Source: a virus. From it: a DNA stretch of 64,000 nt. The notes beneath the pieces were generated by a model. It ran no database searches and was not told where the DNA came from. It saw nothing but the letters and a program-made list of their open reading frames with translations. A program made the translations under genes and the position numbers. The first letter of the stretch is position 1. Every line of letters starts with the position of its first letter. The stretch is taken from IMG/VR virus record IMGVR_UViG_3300024339_000005; one strand, 5' to 3'. Positions 34,440-43,946 of the stretch are shown here, piece by piece.

Positions 34440-35192
34440 CTATTTCTTCATCCAGGTTTGGATGGTTTTCTTCGTTTTGGCGATATTCTTACGAGGATCG
34501 CCATCGGTAGTATCTATCAGCAATTGATTTCGGCTGAAGATAGGTAGTAACTGGTCACGAACTTTGATTTGTTGGCGCAATGAAGACTCAAGGATTTTAG
34601 GATCGAGTCCACGACCACCGCCTTTGAGCCGCTTATTACCACGCTCTTTCAGTGTATTTAGAACAACTTGAAACTCTTTCTCGTTGCTTAAATTCTTTTT
34701 AGGGTGAACGCCCACATAGACGACGAAGGTTTTGTATCCGAGGTCTTCTAAGTCTTTCTTTTTGTTTTTGATAGCACCGATTTGACCACCGGTTTCCACA
34801 AAGCAAATATTCTTTTTAGCCGCCATCACACTTTCGTTTTTACGTTTGGTGATTTCGCGGGCTACCGCAGACGCACCAAGAGTGCTGGGTTTCTTGCCAT
34901 TGAAGAAATCCATAGGGTCTTTTAGATCAGACATTGTAACTTTGGGTTTTAGTTTGTCGGCAGCCTTTTGCGCGGCTGTCTTAGCGGGAGGCTTTTCGAT
35001 AACGGGCGATAGCTTGAATTTCTTCAGCATAGCCTCGAAGGGCTGGTCAACATCAATCAATTCAAAACCGAGTTGCTTTACGATAGCGTCTTCGGCTATC
35101 GTTGATTTACCAGAAGCAGCACCACCTACAACCCATACAGCCGAGGGCTTGGGAGTCTTGGCTTCCTCTAGGTGGATTTTGAATGATTTCAT
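34440..35192 (-). CDS. zeta-toxin-like P-loop kinase with capsid-targeting-like N-terminus
   Basis: MKSFKIHLEEA; VGGAASGKST; ETGG; RGNKR. Confidence 0.7.
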   Translation of the reverse strand: MKSFKIHLEEAKTPKPSAVWVVGGAASGKSTIAEDAIVKQLGFELIDVDQPFEAMLKKFKLSPVIEKPPAKTAAQKAADKLKPKVTMSDLKDPMDFFNGKKPSTLGASAVAREITKRKNESVMAAKKNICFVETGGQIGAIKNKKKDLEDLGYKTFVVYVGVHPKKNLSNEKEFQVVLNTLKERGNKRLKGGGRGLDPKILESSLRQQIKVRDQLLPIFSRNQLLIDTTDGDPRKNIAKTKKTIQTWMKK

Positions 35193-35542
35193 TTCTTCTT
35201 TTTCCTCTGGTCAATTATATCAAAATGCTTTTTTGCAACTTTGTTGTATTTTTCAAAATCTTTATCCGTTCCACGATACGTCGGTGGTAATACAGCCAAG
35301 ACCTTCAGAATATCATCTTGATTAATTCTCCAATATACAGGCCCCATGAACGCATATCCACGATCATCACGAATGACCAAGTTGTTTATCAATCGCACAT
35401 CAATCATACCCCTGTTGGGACCTTGGCTAATTACTTTCGATACGATACCTTTTTCTTTTTTACCATCGTCTGTAAAAGATATAATGTCGCCATCGCCGTG
35501 ATGCGGTAGTCCTTCTATTAGATATTCTTTGAACGATTTCAT
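35189..35542 (-). CDS. putative internal head protein
   Basis: MKSFKEYLIEG; late promoter. Confidence 0.65.
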   Translation of the reverse strand: MKSFKEYLIEGLPHHGDGDIISFTDDGKKEKGIVSKVISQGPNRGMIDVRLINNLVIRDDRGYAFMGPVYWRINQDDILKVLAVLPPTYRGTDKDFEKYNKVAKKHFDIIDQRKKKK

Positions 35543-35558
35543 ATGCTTCTCCTCTCTC

Positions 35559-35566
35559 TATTTATA
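35559..35566 (-). promoter_or_regulatory. T4-type late promoter
   Basis: TATAAATA. Confidence 0.75.
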
Positions 35567-36356
35567 AGAACGAGGCAAGCGTTGCTCCCTGCGCCTTATG
35601 GGCTGTTATGTTTCTACCATTATATTCGACCTGTGTCAAGTCAAATTCAGGCATATCGCAAATTTCGTATTGTTTAGGACCGACCATTTTACGCCACACC
35701 AAGTCTTTATCTTTCGGGTATGGTTGCTCCCAATTCAATGGTGAGGTCTTCAGTAACTTCTTATCACGTTTGGTCATGGGTAAAATATAGCGGAACATCA
35801 GCCCATCGTATTTTGCGATCCCTTTTGCCTCCATAAAATCTGGTGTTAGCCAAAACATTTTCTCTTTACCAAGGAATTCTGCGTTTTCCGCCAACAAGTG
35901 TCTTGCGGCAAGGGGGTGTATCTTTTCGCCCTTGTCGCTCCTATAGACTTGAGTGCGGAACGAGCCACCATATTTGAAATTGAAAGCCTGATAGACATAT
36001 CCACACTTGCCCATGATACCATCGGCTAGCGTATAGAGCAACCGGATGTTGGTGTTGTCTCTGCACCATTTCATTACAGCCGATAGCATTTGGGTTTCAG
36101 AGTTTTTAGGCTCGTCGTCACGCATACACATTTTGCCGATTTCATAATAATCAGCCGAGGTCAACCCAGGAAACATTTTGTTGATTGTCTGTAAAGGCTG
36201 CGTTCCCCAACCCAGGGTGATAACGCCAACAAGAATACCCTCCCGATATACGCCTAACCATTTCTTGGTCAAGTGGGGCATAACAGGAGAGTAATGGTAT
36301 TCTTGCACAAAATCGGTGCATGTGTTCTTATGAGTCTCTTTTATTTCATATTTCAT
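35562..36356 (-). CDS. Mom-like (GNAT-fold) DNA modification protein
   Basis: YHYS; EIGKMC; NSETQ; TLADG; GYVYQAFNFKYGG. Confidence 0.8.
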   Translation of the reverse strand: MKYEIKETHKNTCTDFVQEYHYSPVMPHLTKKWLGVYREGILVGVITLGWGTQPLQTINKMFPGLTSADYYEIGKMCMRDDEPKNSETQMLSAVMKWCRDNTNIRLLYTLADGIMGKCGYVYQAFNFKYGGSFRTQVYRSDKGEKIHPLAARHLLAENAEFLGKEKMFWLTPDFMEAKGIAKYDGLMFRYILPMTKRDKKLLKTSPLNWEQPYPKDKDLVWRKMVGPKQYEICDMPEFDLTQVEYNGRNITAHKAQGATLASFL

Positions 36357-36362
36357 GGTACC

Positions 36363-36392
36363 ATTATATCATAATAAAGGGTTGTTTGTCAA
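36363..36392 (-). promoter_or_regulatory. sigma70-type promoter without GATC
   Basis: TTGACA-18-TATAAT with TGn extension. Confidence 0.75.
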
Positions 36393-36393
36393 G

Positions 36394-37452
36394 TCATATT
36401 TTCAATTCAATTCCGGTAGAGGGTATTTTATCTGTTATCACCAAGCGGAAATTATTTTTGCCTGTTCTGGCTGATTGAAAAATGATAGGGTAGCCATCTT
36501 TATTTGTTCTTTTCAATGCGATTTCCATCTGGTTATCAGAATCAAGATCCCTCTTACGGATTCTGAAATAGAAGTCTGGAACCTTTTTCATATATTGGGC
36601 GACACTATAGAACGATCCGTTGACTGTGATTTCACCGGATTTGGGGTTGGCTTTACCAACAACATCCATTTTTCCGATATACATGTAATCAATGGGTCCG
36701 CCCATTTTGGCATTACCCGTAAGAATCTTTTTGACGAATTGGTCTGGTATACGGATGAAAATATCAGGCACAGAATTTGCGTCTACAACGTCGCCATCCT
36801 TCAGTTTGATTTTCTTGATGTATTTTTTGACGGCTATATACAATTTGTCAAGCAATTCTGGTGCGATAGTCTGAATGCCTACAAGTCCACCACCAGCCAG
36901 TGACGGTGCTGTTTCACCCTTGTTTGATATACCGAGTTTCTTACCGGCTTGGGTCAATATATAAACGTCAATGTATGGCTCTTGGCCAACAGACGATAGA
37001 CCCTCATTTTTTTCAGCCTTCAACATTTTGTGTTTTGTGCCGAGGGTCTTGAAATAAAAATTTGAAGACTTTTTGGCAGCCTTGTTTATCAGATTTATCA
37101 AACCCAATTCTTGTCTTTCAGATCCACCACCGGAGGATTTACCAGCGACGCCACCGAAATCTTTATCTTTGAAAAAGAAGGTGGGTCTCATCCACTTTTT
37201 ACTTTTCTTGTCCATGACCTCTATCTCAAGATAGTCAGAACCCTTCTTTTCGTTCAGAAATAATCTCATTGTCCCATCTGTTAATTTAACAGCGGAAGTT
37301 TTGTTATTCATTTTCATTCGGGCTTTGCCCGTGCAGACCAAGGCGTTACCGTCTTCTGTTTTCAGAAGGAAGGAACCCTTGTTTTTAACCCTAGCGGCAA
37401 ATACAGCCGGATTGTCTCGCTTCAGCAAGTCATTATAACTGATAACAGCCAT
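36394..37452 (-). CDS. putative restriction-like PD-(D/E)XK nuclease
   Basis: ERQE...IDVYI...GISNK; CCTAAATA late-like promoter at 37473-37480. Confidence 0.5.
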   Translation of the reverse strand: MAVISYNDLLKRDNPAVFAARVKNKGSFLLKTEDGNALVCTGKARMKMNNKTSAVKLTDGTMRLFLNEKKGSDYLEIEVMDKKSKKWMRPTFFFKDKDFGGVAGKSSGGGSERQELGLINLINKAAKKSSNFYFKTLGTKHKMLKAEKNEGLSSVGQEPYIDVYILTQAGKKLGISNKGETAPSLAGGGLVGIQTIAPELLDKLYIAVKKYIKKIKLKDGDVVDANSVPDIFIRIPDQFVKKILTGNAKMGGPIDYMYIGKMDVVGKANPKSGEITVNGSFYSVAQYMKKVPDFYFRIRKRDLDSDNQMEIALKRTNKDGYPIIFQSARTGKNNFRLVITDKIPSTGIELKI

Positions 37453-37475
37453 CGAAAATACTCCTTATGGAGTAT

Positions 37476-37685
37476 TTAGGATTCCCAGGTGATGGTCTCA
37501 CCAGGGTTGATGGTCTCATGGCCATTATCAACGATAACGTCATTAGACACATTTGTCCAAACGATATCACGATCGCCCATGCGATTCATCACTGAATATT
37601 TGGTTAGGATACCTTCCGCAACCAAATCACCCATGGCTTTGCCACGGGAAGAACCACTGGCTGCGATAACTGTTTCTATTCTCAT
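37476..37685 (-). CDS. hypothetical protein
   Basis: ORF in an early operon. Confidence 0.55.
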   Translation of the reverse strand: MRIETVIAASGSSRGKAMGDLVAEGILTKYSVMNRMGDRDIVWTNVSNDVIVDNGHETINPGETITWES

Positions 37686-37823
37686 AATTTACTACTCTTT
37701 TCTAAGCGGTTAACAGGACAAAATCGTAACCGAACTCGGCTACTGCATTGCTAAAATATTTTCTGGCGCCATCTTCATCATCGGTGAAAACAACGGATTC
37801 GACAGGGGTAGAAACGATAATAA

Positions 37824-38021
37824 TCATATTGCAAAAACTCCAACAGGCATTGTTTTACTGACGAAAGCGGGCTGAACTTCAAACTGGCCGAGGGTATCGT
37901 CGTCCCAAATTATCTGGGCTAAAGATTTGCCACCAACAAGTTTGAAACCTTGAATTTCACCATATGAGGTTGGAACTCCAAAGCCCCATTTTCCGAAAAC
38001 TTTTGTTCCTGCTTGAATCAT
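37824..38021 (-). CDS. small early hypothetical protein
   Basis: Follows the promoter repeat. Confidence 0.6.
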   Translation of the reverse strand: MIQAGTKVFGKWGFGVPTSYGEIQGFKLVGGKSLAQIIWDDDTLGQFEVQPAFVSKTMPVGVFAI

Positions 38022-38035
38022 TTTTCTCTCGCTTT

Positions 38036-38089
38036 TCTCTCTAATTGATCTTACTATTTGATCATGCACTATTTCTGACCAAATGTCAA
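38036..38089 (-). promoter_or_regulatory. conserved early promoter repeat
   Basis: TTGACA-17-CATGAT(C). Confidence 0.9.
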
Positions 38090-38168
38090 CCCCGGAATCG
38101 CTTTTTTTAGCGATACCAGGGCGTTTTATTCATTTATTGTGTTGTGTTGCTTATTTACAACATTAGAC

Positions 38169-38921
38169 TTATTTGAAAGGATTTTTCTTTTTCGTCCCCG
38201 GCAAAAGCGAATATTTACTGGTTTTCATAGCGTGTATTTTTATTTCGCCTTGCACCTCATAGTATTCACTGCGAGTACCAACACGCATTTTGAAAGAACC
38301 TTTGCCCGCAAGAAGCGGCACGTCAGACGGAACACCCAGCGGATTTGCCCGACCAATCATATAAAAATCATCGCCAGCTTGCATATAGAAAGCGGGCTCT
38401 GTTTTACCGTTAATATAATGGTCAGTCACAATGCCTCCGAGATCAACATCAGGGTCACTTAGAACGTATCTATTGAAACCAGGCTGGCTTACATATTCTT
38501 TCATAGTCTTGAGAGATATAACATTTTTTTCTTTTTTCAATTGACCTTTGTTGGTCGCAATGAAAGGTTTTTTGATGCCTGAATAATCCGCCAGACCCTT
38601 GATGAATGCCTTAGTCATTTTTGACTTGTTCATTCTTGTGACGGCCTCTTGTGCAGCCCTGGTAGTGTAAGTGGTTTGCCAAGTCGTGCCGTTATAGAAA
38701 ACTCTTGGGTTTGATAACTGGTCGCTGTGATTCATTTTCACTTCCAACCAAGTTGAAGCGCCGTTGTTTCTTGTCAGACGAATATCTGAAAAGCCAGTGC
38801 CAACGGATGGTCGTTCAGCTTCCATGCCCGGGGTCTTACTGATATGTTTAGCCAAGTCCTTTTCAAATTTGTCAGACTTAGCAGATTCTATCAAGGTGAA
38901 GTATTCGTTAAATGTTTGCAT
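38169..38921 (-). CDS. PD-(D/E)XK nuclease-like protein with capsid-targeting-like N-terminus
   Basis: MQTFNEYFTLIES; KFEKD...SDIRL...WLEVK. Confidence 0.6.
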   Translation of the reverse strand: MQTFNEYFTLIESAKSDKFEKDLAKHISKTPGMEAERPSVGTGFSDIRLTRNNGASTWLEVKMNHSDQLSNPRVFYNGTTWQTTYTTRAAQEAVTRMNKSKMTKAFIKGLADYSGIKKPFIATNKGQLKKEKNVISLKTMKEYVSQPGFNRYVLSDPDVDLGGIVTDHYINGKTEPAFYMQAGDDFYMIGRANPLGVPSDVPLLAGKGSFKMRVGTRSEYYEVQGEIKIHAMKTSKYSLLPGTKKKNPFK

Positions 38922-39742
38922 TAGAATAGTGTCACTTCATTTTCTATTTGTTCATTGTATTTATAAATTCGGTTAGCTGCAAACTCAATATATTCTTCTT
39001 TGGCATCAATACCAATCAGTTTGCGTTTGGTTTTCATCGCAGCCACTGCACTAGAACCAGACCCCACGAAAGGATCAAGAATAGTCTCGCCCTCCAACGA
39101 AGCCAATTTAATCATCCATTCAGCCAGTTTAGGTGGATATGTAGCTGGGTGATTTGTTTTTTCATTAGAGCTAACCGTCACTTCGACATAATCTTTACAC
39201 CTACTCATACCTTCCGTAAATCCATCTGAATAACCTGCACCCCATTGCTGGGTATTTTTACCGGCTTGACCCTTTGGTAAACCTATTCGCTTCGATGGTT
39301 TTCCATTATGCTTTGGATACACGATTGGTTGGTTCACTTTAGAAAACCAACAAATCCGTTCCCACGATCTTCGGGGTCTTTTGTTATTCCCAACAGGCAT
39401 TGAATCTGGTTTAATCCAAATCAATTCATCGGGCTCGATCCAACCATTATCTCTTAGGTGCAACTTGGTCCGCAACACATAATCAGACAGAATACCGTTG
39501 TTGATATTCTCCCTGATATTAATGAAAATGTTACCAGTCTCTCTAAGGCTGACAGCGTTCATCCAATCCAGGGTAAATTGTGGATAATCAGCCTCTGCGA
39601 TACTGTCATATAAATCTTTTCTCTGGGTGCCATACGGCGGCGAAGTAACAACACCATCAACGATGCTGTCGATACTATTCAAAACATCAACACAATTACC
39701 ATGATAAAGGGTCACATAATCATTCTGAAAATAAGGTTTCAT
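38921..39742 (-). CDS. N4/N6 DNA methyltransferase, beta class
   Basis: VTSPPY precedes HPATYP and ILDPFVGSGS. Confidence 0.92.
   Translation of the reverse strand: MKPYFQNDYVTLYHGNCVDVLNSIDSIVDGVVTSPPYGTQRKDLYDSIAEADYPQFTLDWMNAVSLRETGNIFINIRENINNGILSDYVLRTKLHLRDNGWIEPDELIWIKPDSMPVGNNKRPRRSWERICWFSKVNQPIVYPKHNGKPSKRIGLPKGQAGKNTQQWGAGYSDGFTEGMSRCKDYVEVTVSSNEKTNHPATYPPKLAEWMIKLASLEGETILDPFVGSGSSAVAAMKTKRKLIGIDAKEEYIEFAANRIYKYNEQIENEVTLF
38958..38965 (-). promoter_or_regulatory. T4-type late promoter inside the MTase gene
   Basis: TATAAATA. Confidence 0.65.
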
Positions 39743-40191
39743 TTTCTCTCCATATATCTCGTATATAATCCTATTTGGCGACCATACGCTTCAATTTCCC
39801 ATGGGTAATCCCAATACTCCTGGTCGTCACCGAAGGTGTATTTCTGGCTATTAAATCGTATCAGGGGTTGTACTGTGCGGATGTATTCCATAAACTCACC
39901 TTTGGCCATTTGCTTCAGGTGAACCATTTCGTGGGCTACTGTCGAGAGTGTATCAGCCATGGTCATACCGGCGTCAATATGCAAAGTGAACTCTCTGGGT
40001 CGATCGTTCGTATCCTCCCATTCACAAAGGCCCTGGACCTCATGTTCCGCGACAAGTCGTGGGTCTAGCTTGATGGTTACATGAATCAAATCAGAAAGTC
40101 GCCGTGACATAAGCAGAGAACCAAAGAAGATCGTCGCAGGTGGAATTGCGGCTATCTTCTTTTTGTTGGTTCCAATAACATCGACTAACAC
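39739..40191 (-). CDS. HEXXH metallopeptidase-like protein
   Basis: AHEMVHLKQ; YWDYPWEIEA. Confidence 0.8.
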   Translation of the reverse strand: MLVDVIGTNKKKIAAIPPATIFFGSLLMSRRLSDLIHVTIKLDPRLVAEHEVQGLCEWEDTNDRPREFTLHIDAGMTMADTLSTVAHEMVHLKQMAKGEFMEYIRTVQPLIRFNSQKYTFGDDQEYWDYPWEIEAYGRQIGLYTRYMERK

Positions 40192-40373
40192 GGCATGACC
40201 ATAGGGATGATAAAGAAGGCTGGTGTGAATCCATTGAAGCCAGCTCCACCCTCCCTCTGTCTCTTGAACTTGGTCGCGTCTTTACGATCTTTGAATGAAG
40301 CGAGTTTCAATTGCGTCGTGATTTCAAGGACAATCCATTCACCAAGTTTCTTTTTCACTTCATAGTTTTTCAT
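40185..40373 (-). CDS. small conserved protein
   Basis: GAGFNGFTPAFF. Confidence 0.65.
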   Translation of the reverse strand: MKNYEVKKKLGEWIVLEITTQLKLASFKDRKDATKFKRQREGGAGFNGFTPAFFIIPMVMPC

Positions 40374-41788
40374 ACCTTGAACCCCTCAAACTTTTTGCGG
40401 CCCATCTTCTTTGTCGCCCATTTCATGCTGTCTTCCTCTTTTGCTCTTTCACCATATTCGGTGCTGTCCATGACAGGTTTATCTTCATCATCTTGAGCGG
40501 TTTGCTCAACATCGTAAAGGCGCATCTTAGGTCTATCTACACCAACAACAAACTTGGTGTAATTGTTTACATCGGCGTATCGGTTTTTGAGTTGCTTGAC
40601 CATAATCTGATTCGCAGCGGCCAACTCCTCATTAGTGATAAGTGCCACCATAAAATCCACTGTCGCTGGCAAACCAAAACTTTCTGACGTATCTTCAAGG
40701 CCAGGGTCTGAATTAGTGAAGCCTGATCTTGTTGTTTGTGTTGCAGAAATAATAGGTACGTTTCTTTCAACAGCAAGTCCCCTAATTTCTTCTGCAATGG
40801 ACTTGATAAGGGTGTATGAATTGACATTGTTTCCCGCTTTCACTCTGTTCGAAATACAGATATTGATATAGTCAATGAATATCACCTTCGGCACAAAATC
40901 ACGCTTCAATTTCAACTCATTCAACAAGTGACGGAACTGACCCACACCAGCACAGGCCGTTGGGTACTCATGGATAATCAATTTGCCATTTGTCTTGGCT
41001 TTGATTTTATCCACCTTGTTCATGAAGGTTTCCTTGTGAACACCTTCGATATCGTCTAATGCTATATTTAGGAGATTCGCATCTATGCGTTCGGCAATGC
41101 GTTCTTCTGCCATTTCCAGGGTGATATAGAGAACATCATGGCCACTCTCAAGGTATTTCGCTGCCATATGGCACATGACCAAAGTTTTACCAACACCAGT
41201 ACCAGCCAAGAAGACATTCAAGGATTTATTTGGTAATCCACCCTTGGTGATCTTGTTGAAATACTCAAGGTCAAACGGAATGCGGGATTCTTTTTTCCGA
41301 TAGAAGTCAAACCGGTTCTCGGCGTCTTCTAGGAAATCGTGACCAATATGATTGTCGAAACAGACAGACAAAGCCTTGGTCATAATTTCGGGGATAGAAC
41401 CCGAACCAACGCCATCCACATTGCCATCAATGATAGAAATGGATTCCATGACGCCGTTATAAACAGCCTTCTCCTGACAGAATTTCTCTGTATTCACCAA
41501 GAGCCATTCGTCGGACACAGTTTCATGTTCCACCGCAACAATCTCTAACAGTTTGTTAGAATTATCAAAGAGGTTCTCATTCAGATTGGCGTCGTTATCT
41601 AGTTCGATAGCAATCGCGGCTTTGGATGGTGGTGCGTTGTATTCTTCAAAGAATTCTTTTACTTTGGTGAATACGGTGCGTTCGGTCTCATCTTGGAAAT
41701 ATGCTTCATCAATAAACGGTAGAACTTTCCTGTTGTATTCTTCATCAAAAAATAGGCTATTTAGGATCGTCGTTTCGATTCGGCTCAT
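40370..41788 (-). CDS. 41: replicative helicase (T4 gp41)
   Basis: AGTGVGKT; LEMAEE; IDYINIC; SATQTTR; KQLKNRY. Confidence 0.96.
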   Translation of the reverse strand: MSRIETTILNSLFFDEEYNRKVLPFIDEAYFQDETERTVFTKVKEFFEEYNAPPSKAAIAIELDNDANLNENLFDNSNKLLEIVAVEHETVSDEWLLVNTEKFCQEKAVYNGVMESISIIDGNVDGVGSGSIPEIMTKALSVCFDNHIGHDFLEDAENRFDFYRKKESRIPFDLEYFNKITKGGLPNKSLNVFLAGTGVGKTLVMCHMAAKYLESGHDVLYITLEMAEERIAERIDANLLNIALDDIEGVHKETFMNKVDKIKAKTNGKLIIHEYPTACAGVGQFRHLLNELKLKRDFVPKVIFIDYINICISNRVKAGNNVNSYTLIKSIAEEIRGLAVERNVPIISATQTTRSGFTNSDPGLEDTSESFGLPATVDFMVALITNEELAAANQIMVKQLKNRYADVNNYTKFVVGVDRPKMRLYDVEQTAQDDEDKPVMDSTEYGERAKEEDSMKWATKKMGRKKFEGFKV

Positions 41789-42182
41789 GGTCTCTCCTGG
41801 TCATTTCTTGTTCGATAATGTCACAAAGGATATGGAAAATTTGCTCCTCAAAAGCCTGAGGTTCAAATTCGACATTGTTGGTATCGACTACATCATACGA
41901 GAACTTGAATGGTAAACTATTATCCTCGTCTGGGTTGACATTTTGTGGGATTGAAACCCAGTTATACTTGTAGACAATGCCTTGGTATTTACCCTCTTGA
42001 ATAATCACATTGTACCATGCGTCCTCGTCTGGTCCTGTCTCAAGTAATTCATATTGTAACATTAAAACCACTCCATTATAAATGCGCCAATCAGAATGCC
42101 AAGAGACAGGCACATCCAAATGGCGGTTGCGCCTGCGGCGACATAGAACATCCACAGACCAAATTTCTTGATCTCTTTCCAT
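41757..42182 (-). CDS. hypothetical protein between uvsX and 41 (start probably near 42060)
   Basis: EGKYQGIVYKY motif and position. Confidence 0.6.
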   Translation of the reverse strand: MERDQEIWSVDVLCRRRRNRHLDVPVSWHSDWRIYNGVVLMLQYELLETGPDEDAWYNVIIQEGKYQGIVYKYNWVSIPQNVNPDEDNSLPFKFSYDVVDTNNVEFEPQAFEEQIFHILCDIIEQEMTRRDHEPNRNDDPK

Positions 42183-42195
42183 TCAAGGGTGAACA

Positions 42196-43251
42196 TTATT
42201 CGCTCTCCTCGCCATCTTCACTGTTCAGTGAATCTTCGATTTCTTGGGCTGAACCATACATGAACATCTTGCCCACTTGGTCGTCACAGGCTTGCATGAC
42301 TTCTTCGGTGAAATATTTCTCTGGGTTACGGTAGACTTCCTTTTCCCAAACCTTCGAACCGTCTTGCAATTCGATACGACCAGCCTTTTTCCAAATGCCA
42401 GACGCAACAGCCACATCGGGAAGACCATGCCAACGAGACAAACCCTCGGCGTAAGTCAATAGAACTTTGACCACAGATTTTTCTTTAGTCAAGCGAGACT
42501 TGACAAGACGACAACCGATTTGGTTACCGATGAAATCCTTACCGTCTTTTTCAGCAGCCTTCGACAGAAACACAATGGTTGACGCTGAATATTTCAATCC
42601 AGAACCACCACCCATTACCTTACCGCCATACATGCTTATTGAATCATATGTGTGGTTAGTAACCAAAAGCGGGATGCCCATCTTGCCGAGTTTCAGGGTG
42701 AGAACACGGAAGGTCGCTTTGGCAATAGCCGAGCGTGTCATATCTTTTGTTTCAGAACCTTCCATGGTGTCTTCGATTTCTTTGGTCGTTGATAGCATAC
42801 CAAACGAATCAAGAGCCATGACCATTGGGCGTTTTTCTTCACCCTTTTCATAGTTGTCCAGAATCTTCAGAACCTGGGTACGGAATTCTTGAATGGTTGT
42901 GACAGGCACAATCATCACTCGGCTGGAATCAATGCCACGATCCTCTAACATATTTTTAGAGATAGCAGATTCAGATTCGAAGAAAACACAAACGGCTTCT
43001 GGGTTACCATCGAGAAACGACTTGATAACACCGAGAATGAAAAAGGTTTTACCCGTTGCTTCTTCACCAGCAATGGCGGTAATCTTGTTGTCTGGAATAC
43101 CACCCCAAATGCTACCACTCATAAGAGCGTTAAACATATAAGAGCCGGTGTCGATATATCCGCCAACGTCACCAGCAAGAATGCCGGAGGAAGCAAGCGC
43201 GGCATATTCGTTGTTTATGCCCTTGGTTACTGTCTTGAAAAAATCAGCCAT
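42196..43251 (-). CDS. uvsX: RecA-like recombinase
   Basis: AGEEATGKT; DSFGML; DMTR; NHTY; GGGSGLKY. Confidence 0.95.
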   Translation of the reverse strand: MADFFKTVTKGINNEYAALASSGILAGDVGGYIDTGSYMFNALMSGSIWGGIPDNKITAIAGEEATGKTFFILGVIKSFLDGNPEAVCVFFESESAISKNMLEDRGIDSSRVMIVPVTTIQEFRTQVLKILDNYEKGEEKRPMVMALDSFGMLSTTKEIEDTMEGSETKDMTRSAIAKATFRVLTLKLGKMGIPLLVTNHTYDSISMYGGKVMGGGSGLKYSASTIVFLSKAAEKDGKDFIGNQIGCRLVKSRLTKEKSVVKVLLTYAEGLSRWHGLPDVAVASGIWKKAGRIELQDGSKVWEKEVYRNPEKYFTEEVMQACDDQVGKMFMYGSAQEIEDSLNSEDGEESE

Positions 43252-43391
43252 CTTTATTCTTTTCCTTCATTTTCGATTCGTCGCAGGGATAAGCAAGGTC
43301 ACCCCATGAAAACATTCTATCTCTTGCGCCACATTTTACACAATATTCGTCGTAACTTGAGGCATCTATTGAAATCCTGGTATCATGGCTA

Positions 43392-43610
43392 TCATGTGTC
43401 TCTATCATCCTCAATTTCTGTGTAATTCATTGTTGCGCTTTCATCTTTCCCGACGGCATAGAAAAATCCATCCCATTGTGAAGCCTGATGGCGTTCTGCT
43501 ATCATGGCATTAGAGCCATATGAATAGGTATCCAAATGCCCAACAATCGTTATTGTCTCGCCAGCATTGTGGTGGTAAGTTTTGCCTACCTCAAATATCA
43601 TTTTTTTCAA
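43392..43610 (-). CDS. hypothetical protein
   Basis: ORF. Confidence 0.55.
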   Translation of the reverse strand: MKKMIFEVGKTYHHNAGETITIVGHLDTYSYGSNAMIAERHQASQWDGFFYAVGKDESATMNYTEIEDDRDT

Positions 43611-43929
43611 CCTTCTTATAGACTTCGGTCATTCTTACGTCTGCGCCATACATCGGGCAAACATGAATATATTGGGGAAGTAAACCATCGATCCGCTCCT
43701 CGTCGGAAGCACCACAAATGAATGGTCCGGCTTGTTTCCAATTGGCAATTTTATTGATTTGACTTAGTAAGCGCCGAACTTCTAAAATTTCCTTTTTAGC
43801 CTCGGTGATAATCCATGCTTCGGTAGAACTATGAATTTCATAATCACCCATCATTTCGACTATATCACCTTCGACAACTTCGCCCTGTTTCATTATCATT
43901 TCAAATCTCCTATTATGATCATACACCAC
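43591..43929 (-). CDS. hypothetical protein (start probably near 43899)
   Basis: AGGAG RBS; upstream promoter. Confidence 0.6.
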   Translation of the reverse strand: MVYDHNRRFEMIMKQGEVVEGDIVEMMGDYEIHSSTEAWIITEAKKEILEVRRLLSQINKIANWKQAGPFICGASDEERIDGLLPQYIHVCPMYGADVRMTEVYKKVEKNDI

Positions 43930-43946
43930 TTCTAGCGTTTTGTCAA
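43917..43946 (-). promoter_or_regulatory. sigma70-type promoter
   Basis: TTGACA-17-TATGAT(C). Confidence 0.8.
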
